Positions 22,350 through 35,129 of a stretch of 64,000 nucleotides of DNA are shown piece by piece; positions within the stretch are counted from its first letter, which is position 1, and every line of letters starts with the position of its first letter. A program made the position numbers and the translations under genes. The stretch is from contig JASCQW010000099.1 of assembly GCA_030264375.1 (NCBI GenBank), positions 19,135,152 through 19,199,151 on the forward strand, read 5' to 3'. The notes under the pieces were generated by a model. It was given only the letters and a program-made list of their open reading frames with translations, did no database searches and had not been told where the DNA came from. The stretch is from Carcharhinus longimanus (Eukaryota).

Positions 22350-24487
22350 CCCTGTATGAGTGTACTTGTACAGTCCTTTATGAATATCTACAGTGATGTA
22401 TCTCCTCTGCCAGTTGGAGGTGGGTGTGTCTCATATCCAATTTGGAAAATATATGACTCTCAGCCAGTTTTGCATACAAGTCTTCTATGCGTGGCAAAGA
22501 ATACCTGTCTAAGCCAAAAGCTCTGTAGACCGTCAACTTATCGTTGTTGAGTTTTAAAACCAGCACTACTGGCTAGGCCCATTCGGGAAATCGTGTCAGG
22601 CGTGTAATGCCAAATTTCTCTAGTTGTTTCAATGTGACCTTTACTTTGACACAGAGGGCAGTGCAACTAGTTGTACCTTGAAGTATTTAGGCTAGGCCTC
22701 TGCGTCTACATAGATATGAACCAGGCAAAATGCATATCACCCCGGCTAAGGGCAAAACCACCTAAAGACAGGGCTTTGTAAATAAATCAGCCCAAGGATG
22801 AGGAACTAATGCAACTACATTGCATCACTGCACCCAAAATGGCCCCAGTCCAGCTTCATCTCCAGGAAATGATCGCTTCCTAGACATAGAGGCCTTCTTG
22901 GAACACTTCCACCATAATAACTTCGCACAGGTTGCCAGCACCCATTTTAAAGATCTGTTGCCAATCTAGGTGGATTTTCTGCAGCCAGTCCCTTCTCAAG
23001 AGACTGTGCTACTTTCGGGGGAGTCAGATTGTCTGTTGCCATGTGTAACTGGAGTTACAGTGCTCCCAATAATGTCTAAAGCTCTTCAGTGTACGTAGCC
23101 AATCTAGGCTTGGTGTCTCGCAGGCTTAAAGGCAAAATGTCCAATTGGAGTCACCTAATGGCTTGTCCCCAGTGATAAATACTGTGGCATAAAGTCTATC
23201 TCCATGTCTAGGAGTGGCCACTTACCTGGAGTTGAATCCGGATTGGGGCCACTTTGGGTATGGTGTTGCAATTTAGTTGCATCAGTTCCTCGACTTCAGA
23301 CTGATTTATTTGTAAAGACCTGTCTTGAGGTGGCTTCGCCCTTCGGCTTTGGTGATACATAGAACATAGAACATTACAGCACAGAACAGGCCCTTCAGTC
23401 CACGATGTTGCGCCGACCAGTTAAAAAGCAATGACCCTCTAACCTAAACCAAACCCTTTCCATCCATAAACCTANNNNNNNNNNNNNNNNNNNNNNNNNN
23501 NNNNNNNNNNNNNNNNNNNNNNNNNNNNNNNNNNNNNNNNNNNNNNNNNNNNNNNNNNNNNNNNNNNNNNNNNNCCAACTTTCAGGGATCTATGTACACA
23601 TACACCTAGATCCCTCTGTTCATCCACACTATTCAGAGTCCTACCGTTAGCATGATTTGCCTGTTTTGGTAGCCTTGATTGGTATGGACCCTATGACTGC
23701 AGTACAGCATGGATAGATGCTGTACAGCATGCAGTACAGGATGGATATGGAGAAATCTCCCATCCAGTTCCAGAATTTCATAATCCAATTGCTCTTCCTT
23801 AGCAAAAATGGGAGACATGAGTGTTATCTGCTGGGGACTTAGTTCTGTAGTATGGGGGTCACCCAAGGCTGAGGACGGTACACTTTCTGGATCCTTGAAG
23901 CTCCTGGGCCCCTTTCTCTGAGTTTTTGTGAGGACGAGCTGGTTCTGTAGCTTTCTTAAGGTCCTGATTTGGTTCAGTCAATAGCTACCTTTGAGTCGCT
24001 ATATTATTTATTCCACATACCAAGCATACCATATTTTAACATTTCTGGGAATGCTGGCCCGAACACAAGTGTGCTGCAAATTCCTGCAATCTTGTCAAGA
24101 ATTCTGTAACTGGTTCTCCAGAAGGTGTAATTGTCATGTTGTAGCATTGCAACATAACAGATGGTTCGGGGCCATAGTTGTTTGCTAACAAATCTTATCA
24201 GTTCATTGAAGATTTTTGAATCTGGAACTGCCGGGTTAAACTCTTTATGATGCTGAAAGTTGGGGCCACAAGTGGTCAGGCGGATGACTTTCTGCTAGTT
24301 ACCCCTTCTATCCTGTTTGCCCTGAAGAAATATTTCATCAGTTCAATGCACTGGATACAATCCTCCACATCAGCATCACATAGTTCCAATTTTCCAAATA
24401 GTGCCATTTTCAGATCTCTCTATTATTGTCTTAATGAGATTGTCCAAAGGCAAGTTATCCAAAATGTTCCTTGTTTCTCATCACCAA
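22350..24487 (-). mobile_element. Degenerate Gypsy/Ty3 LTR retrotransposon internal region (with a CR1 piece and a gap inside)
   Basis: RT motif YSLPRIEDLYAKLAESHIFSKLDMRHTHLQL; gag start GKLELCDADVEDWIQCIELMKYFFRANRI. Confidence 0.75.
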
Positions 24488-24750
24488 TGTAATAATTCAG
24501 GAAGCCTGATGGAAAGGAACAGTACCTATTGTTAAACATAAAATAAAGCCATTACCCTGTGGTGTACATACGCAAGTCCAAATCGGGACAATAGTTCTGC
24601 AGACCCTTCCCAGTGTCTGCCTTATAAAGGGCTCAGGTGATGAATTCCATTTGGGCAGGCCATTGTCTGTTACTAAGAGAACTTGTTTTCAACGAGCCCC
24701 TCTGGGAGCTCAATTAGAGATTCCCTATGGAACTCAGGGGGGTTATCACA
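24488..24750 (-). repeat. 5' LTR of the Gypsy relic
   Basis: TG...CA ends with short inverted termini (TGTAATAA / TTATCACA); on - it is followed directly by PBS-like TTGGTGATGAG and then gag. Confidence 0.6.
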
Positions 24751-24796
24751 TTTAGCATAACTTCTCTTCTTTTTAATTCTATCTGTGTAGAAATAA

Positions 24797-27700
24797 AGGG
24801 GACAATTCTCCCATCACATTGTGCTAATTTTCTAGTACAGTGGGCTGAGAGATTCCCGTGTCGGCTGATTAGTGGGGTTTGTGTGAGTATTTGCATCTCC
24901 CAACCCAAGTTTTCTGGTGGCGACAGAGCGCACCAAAGATCAGCGTAACCATCATTTGCATGCTTTTGTATCCCTACGCATCTGATTAGCAAGTCTGAGA
25001 CAATACTCTCCGCCCTCGTTAGCATCTAACATCTCTCTGGTGTGATATGATCTGGCGCTGTTTACACCAGCTATTATAAAAGTTGGGAGTTCATTTGGCA
25101 GTGTTGAACAGGAATAAGGAGATATGTTTGATGGAGCTGCAGCCCCTGGAGTGCTGGGGAGTTTTGCAGCTCTGTCTGAAGTTTCTTGCAGATGTTCAGG
25201 TTCTGTGCCCTGACCCTGTGGGGCCCTTAACGAATGCTGGCCAGGCTGCTCAGGAAGTGGCAGGCCCTCAGGGAGGAGGGCAGGGGACTGCTGCTGAAAG
25301 ACAGGAGCTAGGACAGCAGTCCCCTGAAAGGGTGGCACGGAGATGGAGGATCGGAGGCCTAGGCAGTACCAGACCAGACATTCATTTGAAGGGATGTCAG
25401 AGGTTATGTGCTATCGCCAGCTCCTGTGTGAGATGCTCACAAACCTGGCACCTCAAGAGCCACCCGCTCCCAGTAGAAGTTAAGGTGACAGCGGCCCTTA
25501 ACATTTACACAACAGGGTCATTTCAGGCACCCAGTGATGACTCTGTGGAATATCTCACGCCTCTGTCCACAGATATGTTCACCAGGTCACAGATGCCTTG
25601 TATGCCAGGCAGGGCAATACGTCCATTTTGATGTTGGGCAGGTTCAGCGGGAGTCCTGGGCTGCAGGTTTTGCCACCACTGCAGGGATGCTGCATGTCCA
25701 GGGGGCAGTGGACGGACCACATATCACCCTGCAATCCCCACAAGGTGAACGGCAACCATTCAACAACCGCAAAGGGTTCCACTCCCTCAATGTCCAAATA
25801 GTCTGTGACCATCGCATGATCATCATACAGGTCTGTGTACGCCAACCAAAGAGTGACCACAACAACTTTGTGCTGAGGCAGTCAGACATCCCTGGGTTCT
25901 TTGAAGGCCAGCCCAGACTGCTGGGCTGACTTCATGGGGTTCAAGGGCCGCACAGAGGTCATGGTTGATGACATCTGTGTGGAAGCCTAAGACTGAGCCA
26001 GAGACCTGTTATTATGAGGCCCACACTGTCACCCTAGTAGAGTGGTGCATAGGCCTGCTGAAAATGCATTTCTGCTCTGCCTGGACTGCACTTGGGGGGG
26101 TGGGGCCCTGTAGTATGACCAGGTGTGTGCCTCATGCATCATAATTGTGTGCTGCATCCTGCACAACATCACGCAGCAGTGAGACCAACTGGTGGAGGAG
26201 CAGGAAGAGCGGCGACAGGGCAAAGTGGTTGTCCTGCTATATGAGGAGCCAGAGGATGGAGGGCATGTGGTGATGGCAGCTGTCTGGCAGGACAGGGCAG
26301 CGAAGGAGGCCCTGATAGCACCTGCTTCATGTAACTGGAGCTGTGCAGGGTGGGGGCTGCTCCAAACACACTTCCACCACACCCCAGGAGCCACTTCAGC
26401 TGCCACCGCACCCCCCTCCTCCAACACAACCCCAAACTGGCCCCTCAATCCACAAGACCCTTCCTCTTCCCCAGCCTCTCAGCCCACCACCCTCTCCCTG
26501 AGAAACATTACAACCAGTTAGAGGGCCTGGGCTGGCACAAGTCATTGATGAAGGCTGGAGGATGATGATGACAACTCACTGTAAGGCACACTGGGATCCT
26601 GCCCCTGAAGTTTGACTCCTTTTCTCCAATTGCACAGTGTCACTTGGCCCATGTAGCAGTAAAGGTTGGCAACACAAAAGTGTGAGGCAACGAGTTGGGG
26701 ACATCATTGTGGGGCGGGTCCAGTTTGACTAAGGGTCCGGTAGATGGTGGGGAAAGTAGACCAGGCAGTCTGTGAAATTTGGCCAAGCTTTGCACGGCGC
26801 AGCACAGCACTTTGTGCCTCGATGCATGGGATTGAGAAACACTCAGCTCTGTGGAGGGGGAATGAGGGACAGATTAGTCACTGCTGTGAGGGGCACCAAC
26901 AAGTTATTGTGCTTTTAATATTTAACCCTGACTACTGGTGACCTTCATCTGTGCCCTCTTAGTGAAACTACAGCTTACTAATCTTGTGTGGCCTATTGCT
27001 TCATCTAGCTGCTCATCCAGGATACACATCAAGGGTGGAGGAGTTCTGCTGTGATGTACTCCGTTGCCTGTGATGCTCTTGGCGGCTGTCCGATGGGGGG
27101 AGCTGAGATCTGGAGGGCCCCGGCTGACTTGTGGATGACACTGATGTTTCATAGAATCATAGAACCATAGAATCCTACAGTGTAGAAGGAGGCCATTTGG
27201 CCCATCAAGTCTGCACCGACCACAATCTCACCCAGGCCCAATGCCCATAACCCCATTCATTTACCCTAGCTAGTCCATCTGAAACTAAGGAGCAATTTAG
27301 CATGGTCAATGCACCTAACACGCACATCGATGGACTTTCTGTGCCACACTGTACATCCAGCTTGCCCTGAGATGCCCCAGTGTGAGGAAGGGGGGCATTG
27401 GAAGGTCTCGGGATATTCAGTGCCTCCTGGGTGGAAGGCCCCAGCATGGGCTCAAGCCCTTCCTCCTCCCTCTGGATGCCAGGATAGCTGGACTGGGCTC
27501 CTGAAGCTCTGGTACTACCTTGCTCTGTCAGTCCTGGAGGGTAGATGCATCTGCCCCATGATCTGTGATCCCTCAGCCTTGGCCCTCTGAAACTGGGCCA
27601 ATCTCTGGAGCCCCTCTGCTATAGCAGTTTGTGAGCGAACCAGGCTCTGGAGTCCCTCAGCAGCAGCCCTCTGGGATTGGACTAAGTTCTCGAGGCTCAC

Positions 27701-28035
27701 AGCCATGGCCTGCTGTCTCCAGAATGCTAGTGAGAGTCCCAGCCATGGCCAGCAGTATCTTCCACATGCCTCCAACACCCATGGCCATGGATTGATGTGC
27801 CTCCTGGATGCTGGCGACACCCTAGGCCGTGGCCTGCTATGTCTCCAAGATAGCCTTGACCTTGTCACCCATGAGGCCTAATCCCTGACCCAGACTTTCC
27901 ACTGTGGACCCCACCCTTGCAGCGTTGGCCTAATTTCCACACTATGTTGGCACCACCTCCTGTGACAGTACTCAGTAAAGCTCTCATTGTTCTCCGGAGC
28001 AGTGTACCTGGTGGCTTTGGTGAGTGTTGGATTTA
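24797..28035 (+). mobile_element. PIF/Harbinger DNA transposon, left part with frameshifted DDE transposase (~25080-26340)
   Basis: LPVEVKVTAALNIYTTGSFQ; VQGAVDGPHI; NRKGFHSLNVQIVCDH; CCILHN. Begins GGGGACAATTCTCCC. A convergent coiled-coil ORF relic lies at 27515-27868 (-). Confidence 0.85.
27150..27322 (-). mobile_element. HE1-like SINE type B 3' fragment nested in the Harbinger
   Basis: CATAGAATCATAGAACCATAGAATCCTACAGTGTAGAAGGAGGCCATTTGGCCC. Confidence 0.8.
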
Positions 28036-28039
28036 CTTT

Positions 28040-28484
28040 AAAACGTTTTCTGACTGCACTTCCGGTTCGCGGAGTTTCTGTCTGTGCATTTTACTTCCGT
28101 ACCGGAAGTTAGGCGAGGGGCTAGTCGGGAAGGGAGAGCGGGGGGTATAAAAAGAAGGTAGTGATAGACAGTGGGCAGCGTCGGGAGCGGGCAGCAGAGT
28201 GAGTGGGGAGCTGAGTGAGAGTTATAAGGGCTTTGGCTCACTGGGCTTAGGTGAGAGCAGGCTTAGACGAGGTGAGTTGCAGTTTCTATCTTTCCCGTGT
28301 TGCGTTTCAGCACATACAAACCCAACGGAGGTTGGAACATGGCAGGGGCTATGGGGAGGAGCGTAAGCTGTGTTAGGTGCCACATGTGGGAGTTCTTGGA
28401 GGCATCCCGTCTCCCGAAGGCCCACATCTGCGTCAAGTGTTTAGAGCTGCAGCGCTTGAGGGCCCGGGTCAGGCAACTAGAGGT
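28040..28484 (+). mobile_element. 5'UTR and ORF1 start of a young CR1 LINE (runs into a gap)
   Basis: CpG-rich 5' region; ATG at 28339: MAGAMGRSVSCVRCHMWEF...HICVKCLELQRLRARVRQLE (CxxC..CxxC zinc finger plus coiled coil, typical of CR1 ORF1). Confidence 0.75.
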
Positions 28485-28584
28485 NNNNNNNNNNNNNNNN
28501 NNNNNNNNNNNNNNNNNNNNNNNNNNNNNNNNNNNNNNNNNNNNNNNNNNNNNNNNNNNNNNNNNNNNNNNNNNNNNNNNNNNN

Positions 28585-28788
28585 GTGCTCCGGTTTCCTC
28601 CCACAGTCCAAAGATGTGCAGGTTAGGTTGATTGGCCATGCTAAAATTGTCCTTAGTGTCCAGAGATGCGTAGGTTAGAGGGATTAACAGGTAAATAATT
28701 AGGGATATGTGGTAGGGCCTGGGTGGGATTGTGGTTGGTGCAGACTCGATGGGCCAAATGGCCTCTTTCTGCACTGTAGCATTTCTAT
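28585..28788 (+). mobile_element. HE1-like SINE type B, 3' part
   Basis: Body plus GGGCCTGGGTGGGATTGTGGTTGGTGCAGACTCGATGGGCCAAATGGCC tail. Confidence 0.85.
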
Positions 28789-29365
28789 GCCTCACACTTT
28801 GAAGGCTCCCAATGGTGAAGTAACAGGGGGCAGGATTTTTCGGCCACACTTGTCCCGAAACCGGAAAATCCTGCCCAAAGTCAACGGACCTTTCCATGGT
28901 CTGTCCCTTGCCTGCTCTGATTCCTGTGGTGAAAGGAATGGGAAAATTCATCCCACTGTCACAGAAAGAAAGATAATTATTCAGCCATATTAAGGTTGGG
29001 ATAACAGTCCTGAATTCTAATACTGGCCTTCCTGGTTGCTGGTTTAACAAATCTGGACACCAACTTTTAATAGAAATGGTAAATGCCTCTCTCTCCAAAC
29101 CCACATATTGCACCGGGTATCTCCCCAACCTGATCCTGGTAATGTCAGTGACTTTTAACAACCCTCTGGAAGTGGCCCAACAAACCACTCAGCCGTTCAA
29201 AAACACAACTCACCACTAGCCCAATTTGGGCTGCAGTCCCTCACCTTGTCAGCTTGGATCTCCTTTGCCCCTTTTATGGGGACCTTGAGTTGGATTCAAT
29301 TGGTCTTTGGAGAAAGCAAGGAACGGGTTTGGGTTTGCCCATTCTATTCTCAACATTGGCTTTGT

Positions 29366-29657
29366 ATCATAGAATTCCTACAGTGCAAAAGGAGGCCATT
29401 CGGCCCATCAAGTCTGCATCAACAACAATCCCATCCAGTCCCTATCCCTGTACTCCCACACTCTGCTACTCTGCCTGACAGTAAGGGAGAATTTAGCATG
29501 GTCAATCAATCTAACCTCCACACTTTGGACTGTGGGGGGAAATCGGAACACCCAGAGGAATCCCATACAGACACAGGAAGAATGTGCAAATTCCACACAG
29601 ACCCAAGGGTGAGAATTGAACTTGGATCCCTGTTGCTGTGAGGCAACAATGCTAACT
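29366..29657 (-). mobile_element. HE1-like SINE type B
   Basis: Reverse-complement, near full-length copy. Confidence 0.85.
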
Positions 29658-30320
29658 ACCCCAGTGCTAATGGGGTTAAAAAAAACACCTTCCTAAGGGC
29701 TGTAAATTCAGGTCTTGCTGGTGAAGACCACATCCCTGAAATGAATCATCAAATATTCAATACTTAAACTGAGGGAGGGCTCCTGGTGTATTAGAAATGA
29801 ACTGTGGGTGCTCAGGTTGTTAGAGTGACTTAACCTGTTTGTTTTGATTTCCACTAAACCCCCCCCTGAAATTAAATGTTGAACTTTGGGAGTGAATGAC
29901 AATTAACAATGACTTGACTACAATTTAAAGCATGTTTATCAAAAGCACAGTTGAATGAGCAGCTTAAGAAGGTATTCAGAATTTTAATGAGAGTCGTTAG
30001 CCAAGTGAGTCAGAATTCATTTAGATTTCACATTAGTTGATACCTCCCAGGCTATATCCTTATTAAGTCCTTCAGCATCGACTTTAGCAGGTGATCCAAA
30101 TTGTTTGTAATGCATTATAGATGTTCCTCATTTAAGTCATCGCTGAATACATTTGTTACTGCAAAAATCTGAATCCCTTAAGTCTCATATGCAGATTCAT
30201 CATATAAAAATCCACTGATTTGAACGTAACACCAATTACATTGTTCATTTATGTTCCTTTCTCGTGTTGAAGTTTATGGAAATATGTTTCAGTATCAGGA
30301 AAACGTTTTTGTTCTCTGTT

Positions 30321-30592
30321 GCAGCATGGTAGCACTGCTGCCTCACAGCGCCAGGCACACGGGTTCAATTCACGACTTAGGTTACTGTCTGTGTGGAGTT
30401 TGCACGTTCTCCCCGTGTCTGCGTGGGTTTCCTCCGGGTGCTCCGGTTTCCTCCCACATTCTGAAAGACATGCTGGTTAGGCACATTGACCCAAACAAGC
30501 ACCAGGCTGTTGGGACTAAGGGAATTTCACAGTAACTTAATTGCGGTGTTAATGTAAGCCTTACTTGTGACTGGTAAATAAATTTTACTTTA
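30321..30592 (+). mobile_element. HE1-like SINE type A (short subfamily)
   Basis: Head, body and type A tail; shares the ATTGACCCAAACA internal-deletion junction with the copies at 41108 and 42988. Confidence 0.85.
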
Positions 30593-30599
30593 AATTGGA

Positions 30600-31115
30600 T
30601 TTTGCTGAAAAAGGAGACGTGGGTGGAATTTTACAGCCACACTCATCCCAAAACTGGAAAAATCCTGCCTTAGCTCAATGGACCTTTCATGGTTCCGCCC
30701 CCACGCTGGCTGCGATTCCCATGGCTGGTGGGACAGGAATACTCCGCTCATGCCGACAAAGCTTTTTGTCTTGCCCTCATCAGGAGCGCTTACAAGAAAA
30801 CACCAATAATTAAGGGAAATACAATCTATACTACATGAGATGAGCGTCCTGATTGGTTGGCAAGTGAACTCCTGATTGATAGAGGCATTGCTTTGGACAA
30901 TGCAGCAGGAAACAATTAACTGCCAAGCATTTTGTACAAATTCGAACAAGGAACAGGTTGGTGAAGGTATTGTCATTCGGAATGAACCAGAGAATGACTG
31001 CTCCCTCATGCTGCTGTTTAGCTGGAAAAGGTGCAATGCGTTGACTTCTATCTGCATAGGACGGAGCCCTAACTGTGAATATATGTGGCTTTTTGCAAGC
31101 ACAAATGAGCCAACT
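30600..31115 (-). mobile_element. Penelope-like terminal fragment (second family), interrupted by a MITE at ~30620-30749
   Basis: - strand CCTGATGAGGGCAAGACAAAAAGCTTTG (decayed hammerhead) near a ...TTTTCAGCAA end. Confidence 0.55.
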
Positions 31116-31782
31116 ATGATCTTGACTGATGGGGATGAAGTAGAAAAGGTCAAAAGCTTCAAGTTTCCAGGTGTCCATATCACCAACAACATGTCCTGGT
31201 CCCCCCATGCCGACACTATAGTTAAGAAAGCCCACCAACACCTCTACTTCCTCAAAAGGCTAAGGAAATTTGGCACCAACCAAAGACTGAAACTCTCACC
31301 AGCTTTTATAGATGCACCATAGAAAGTATCCTTTCTGGATGTATCACAGCTTGGCATGGCTTCTGCTCTGAACCAGACCGCAAGAAACTACAACAATTTG
31401 TGAATGAAGCCCAATCCATCATGCAAACCAGTCTGCCACCCATTGACTTTGTCTACATTTCCCACGGCTTTGGAAAAGCAGCCAATGTATTCAAGGACAC
31501 CACGCAGCCTGTACATACTCTCTTTCATCTTCTTCTGTCAGGAGGTCACGTACCAACTGACTCAAGAACAGCTTCTTCCCTGCTGCCATCAGACTTTTGA
31601 ACGGACATACCATATATTAAGTTGATCTTTCTCTACACCCTTGTAACAACTAAAACACTACATTCTGCACCCTCTCCTTCCCTTCTCTATGAGCAGTATG
31701 CTTTGGCTGTATAGCATGCAAGAAACAATACCTTTCACTATACCCCAACACATGTGGCAATAATAAATCAAATCAAATCAAA
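31116..31782 (+). mobile_element. Rex1/Babar-like LINE 3' end
   Basis: DEVEKVKSFKFPGVHITNNMSWSPHADTIVKKAHQHLYFLKRLRKFG; ends AATAATAAATCAAATCAAATCAAA. Confidence 0.85.
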
Positions 31783-31937
31783 AGATAATCTTAAATTGGT
31801 TTGCATAATCAGGATTGTTTAGCAAGTGTTACCCAATCGTGAAGTCACAAGTAACGTTTGACTCTCTGGGTGAAATTTTACCACCCCTTCTGCCGGCAAA
31901 ATCTTATGGTCTTGCCAAAGGTAATGGACTTTAGACG

Positions 31938-32217
31938 TTTTAAAGTTTATTTATTAGTGTCACAAGTAGGCTTACAACTTCACTGCAATGAAAAAACTGT
32001 GAAAGTTCCCTAGTTGCCATACTCTGGTGCCTGATTGGGTACACTGAGGGAGAATTTAGCATGGTCAATGCACCTAACCAGCATGTCCTACGGACTGCGG
32101 GGAGGAAACAGGAGAACCCAGAGGAAACCCACACAGGCATGGGGAGAATGTGTCTGCACAGACAGTGACCCAAGCCAGGAATCCAAGCCGGGTCCTTGGT
32201 GTTGTGAGGCAGCAGAG
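31938..32217 (-). mobile_element. HE1-like SINE type A
   Basis: Reverse-complement copy. Confidence 0.85.
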
Positions 32218-32707
32218 CTTACTGACTTTGAATGCATTTTAAATCCCTTTCCAACACTACAGGGACATAAATATCAGCTCTACGTTCTGAATCTTTCAAG
32301 CACGGGCCAGGCAGGTACGGTCAATACTTAGCCTTTTGCCAACAGCCAATAGGATGTGCTGATTGATATGATCCATTTGTCATTGGGACACATGACCTAC
32401 ATACTTGGCAATCACATTGGCACTGACTCCATAATCTGAACGATGGCACACTCTACAATGGAGAACTTCCTCACTACTGCACTCATGTGCCAACCTGGGA
32501 TTGTTACGCTGACATCCTGCAGTGGGGCTGGAATCTGCAACTTGACATTCAAAGTATTTGAAGGCACCATAAAAATGAGAGGCAGGGGAGTCGAATAAAA
32601 CAGGAAGTGTTGAAAATTCTGTTGGCAGATGAAAAGAAAAAGATGTTTCATGTTAAGGTGGGAATTGGGGTGACTGCAATGGAAGAGAAACTGCAGCAGC
32701 TGTCTAG

Positions 32708-33030
32708 GGTGGCTTGGTGGCACAGTGGTTAGCACTGCTGCCTCATAGCTCCGGGAGCCCAGGTTCAATTCTCTGCTCGGGCCACTGTCTGTGTGGAGTT
32801 TGCACATTCTTCCTGTGTCTGCATGGGTTTTCTCCGGGTGCTCTGGTTTCTTCCCACAGTCCAAAGCTGTGTGGGTTGATTGGCCATGCTAAACTGCCCC
32901 TTAATGTCAGAGCGATTAGCTAGGGTAATTGAATAGGGTTATCAGGATAGGATCTGGGTGGGATTATGGTTGGTGCAAATTCGATGGGTCGAATAGCCTC
33001 CTTCTGCTCTGTATTATTCTATGAATTCTA
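32708..33030 (+). mobile_element. HE1-like SINE type B
   Basis: Full head, body and CR1-like tail ending ATTCTATGAATTCTA. Confidence 0.9.
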
Positions 33031-33264
33031 AAACAGTCTTGAAAAATTCGGGAAGGAACATATCTTTGAATTGGGATAAATAAATTGGTTTGCTCATTTT
33101 CATATTGGCTCCCACTCTGAAATTGGATTAATATCCTTGATTAAGTTATACACATGTTAAACAGTGCAAGATTACATGTGGTAGAAAACCTACCAATTAA
33201 ATCCCACAGAGCATAGGCATCCAGAAGCAATTATTATTTCTGTCCCGATTCATTAATGGAAAAC

Positions 33265-33760
33265 CAAAAACAATGGTGAGACCACGACTGGAGCATTGTG
33301 TGCAGTATTGGTCTCCTTATTTAAGGGAGGATGCAAATGTATTGAAAGCAGATCAGAGAAGAACAAAGAACAGAGAAAACTACAGCACAGGAACAGGCCC
33401 TTCAGCCCTCCAAATCTACACCGACCATGCTGCCCGACTGAACTAAACCCCCTGCCCTTCCGGGGACCATATCCCTCTGTTCCCATCCTATTCATGTATT
33501 TGTCAAGACGCCCCTTAAAAGTCACCACCTTATCCGCTTCCACTACCTCCCCTGGCGACAGGTTCCAGGCAGCCACCACTCTCTGTGTAAAAAATTTCCT
33601 CCTTTAAACTGAATCTGGCTACATTAGGGGTTCCATTCACATACACACAGGGCAGGGTAGGTGTAGGAAGATGCGGCGGCGCGGGCTTGTTGGGCCGAAG
33701 GGCCTGTTTCCCGTGCTGGGTTGTTCTTTGTTCTTTGTTTTTTGTTCTTTGTTCTGTTTG
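33265..33760. mobile_element. Cluster of CR1 3' fragments in both orientations
   Basis: - strand WNLSPGEVVEADKVVTFKGRLDKYM; + strand tail GGGCCGAAGGGCCTGTTTCCCGTGCTG...TTCTTTGTTCTTTG. Confidence 0.75.
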
Positions 33761-33764
33761 ACTC

Positions 33765-35082
33765 CCCTAAACAGAGTTGCAATCACAGCATAGTTGCTGA
33801 TAGCCCTTCCACAACTCCCTGGGTTTTCTGATGCATCTCCACCAGCCTTGGGACAAATGAACCTGGCCCGGCATCTGGCTTGGGGCCAGCTGATTCTCTG
33901 CATCCATGTGCCCGAACCTCGGATGTGCCCACCTCCACTCAATGTGCATCAGCAGTTGTGATGTGCTCTCCAGTAAGTGACCCAGAAGCCTCAGCACTAA
34001 AATGACCCACTTTCGTGATAGTCTCTATGTTGGTGGTTGATGACTGTGCCAAATCACAGGTGTTGTCCTTGGAGGAATCTTCAAGGCCTCCCTCTGAGGT
34101 ATTGTCCGAGGTGTCCTGGGAAGTTTCTTTATGAGCAGCAGGGGAACGCCGACCCCCAAAGGGCTTGGTGCATCAGAGCCCAGGACTGTAACAAAGAACA
34201 CACATTAGGGAAAGGGAGGGAAAGCAGCCCATGCAGCATGACTTACTTCAAAGAAGAACTTAAGAAGAGGGTTAAGCTGATAATCACTTATATGCCAGAT
34301 GTTGACCTGGCTGTTAGTTACCATTCTAGGCATTGATTCTCCCCCTGCCAGCTCCAAGGCTCACTGCTTGCAGACCGTCAGGTGCCACAGTCCAGACACA
34401 CCGCCACCAGTCTGTGCCCTCGCACTGGTTGTTTGCGCTTTTGTCCTGTGGGGAAATAAGGGAGATTGAAAGAATGGATATATTGAAATATATGGAGTGT
34501 AATGTGTGCCTGAGTTTTGGAACTTGTGCTGGACATTTCAGGATAAAAGGCCACCATGACAGGGGGGTGTTGATTGAGAGGGGAGGGGAGGGGAGGGGAA
34601 GGGATTGGATGTGGTTCTTGGAGGGTGGAGCTGTTGTTGGATGTCCTTCATGGTCTGAGCATGGTGTAAATCAGCACATGTGCAGGTTTCAGAATGGGAT
34701 GCACACTCACCTTTGCTGCTCGAAGAAGATCATTCAGTTTCTTGTGGAACTGCTCTTCGGACCGAGGTGTCAGGCTCCTGGCATTAATTGCAGCTGGCAC
34801 CTCCCCCACAATGCCTTTGTGGCACAGCCCCTTGGGCGGCCCCCCTCCACTGCGTCCAGCCTCAGTGAATCTCGGGCAGGTTTATTTTGGTGCCATATTC
34901 CTGGCATGACTGGGTGTGTGTCCATTATTGCAGCTTATATACAGCTCTGGCTTGTTAGGGGAGTGCAGGTACGGTCAGTTTGGGCCAGTCATGGACCCAT
35001 CATTTCTGGAAACACGCCGGCAACACCAGTGCAATTTACTTCAATTTGACACTTGGAATTTTTTTTGAGAGAATTCTGCCCA
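33765..35082 (-). mobile_element. PIF/Harbinger right part with Myb/SANT-like ORF relic
   Basis: - strand MAPK*TCPRFTEAG...EVPAAINARSLTPRSEEQFHKKLNDLLRAAK then gtgagt; terminal GAGAGAATTCTGCCC at 35067-35081. Confidence 0.7.
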
Positions 35083-35129
35083 TAAAGTCTGGTGCTTGGT
35101 TTACATTTCTTATGGACTTGTCAGTCATG

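Noticed and set aside
25083-26340. Domesticated HARBI1-like gene
   Set aside because: The transposase is split over several frames with stops and sits inside TIR-bounded repeat sequence.
30273-30320. Possible small exon after ttcctttctcgtgttgaag
   Set aside because: No donor before the SINE and no homology; 21046 already joins 40189 in phase.
34333-35049. 238-aa + strand ORF
   Set aside because: Antisense to the Harbinger Myb/SANT relic and its intron; no recognisable domain.
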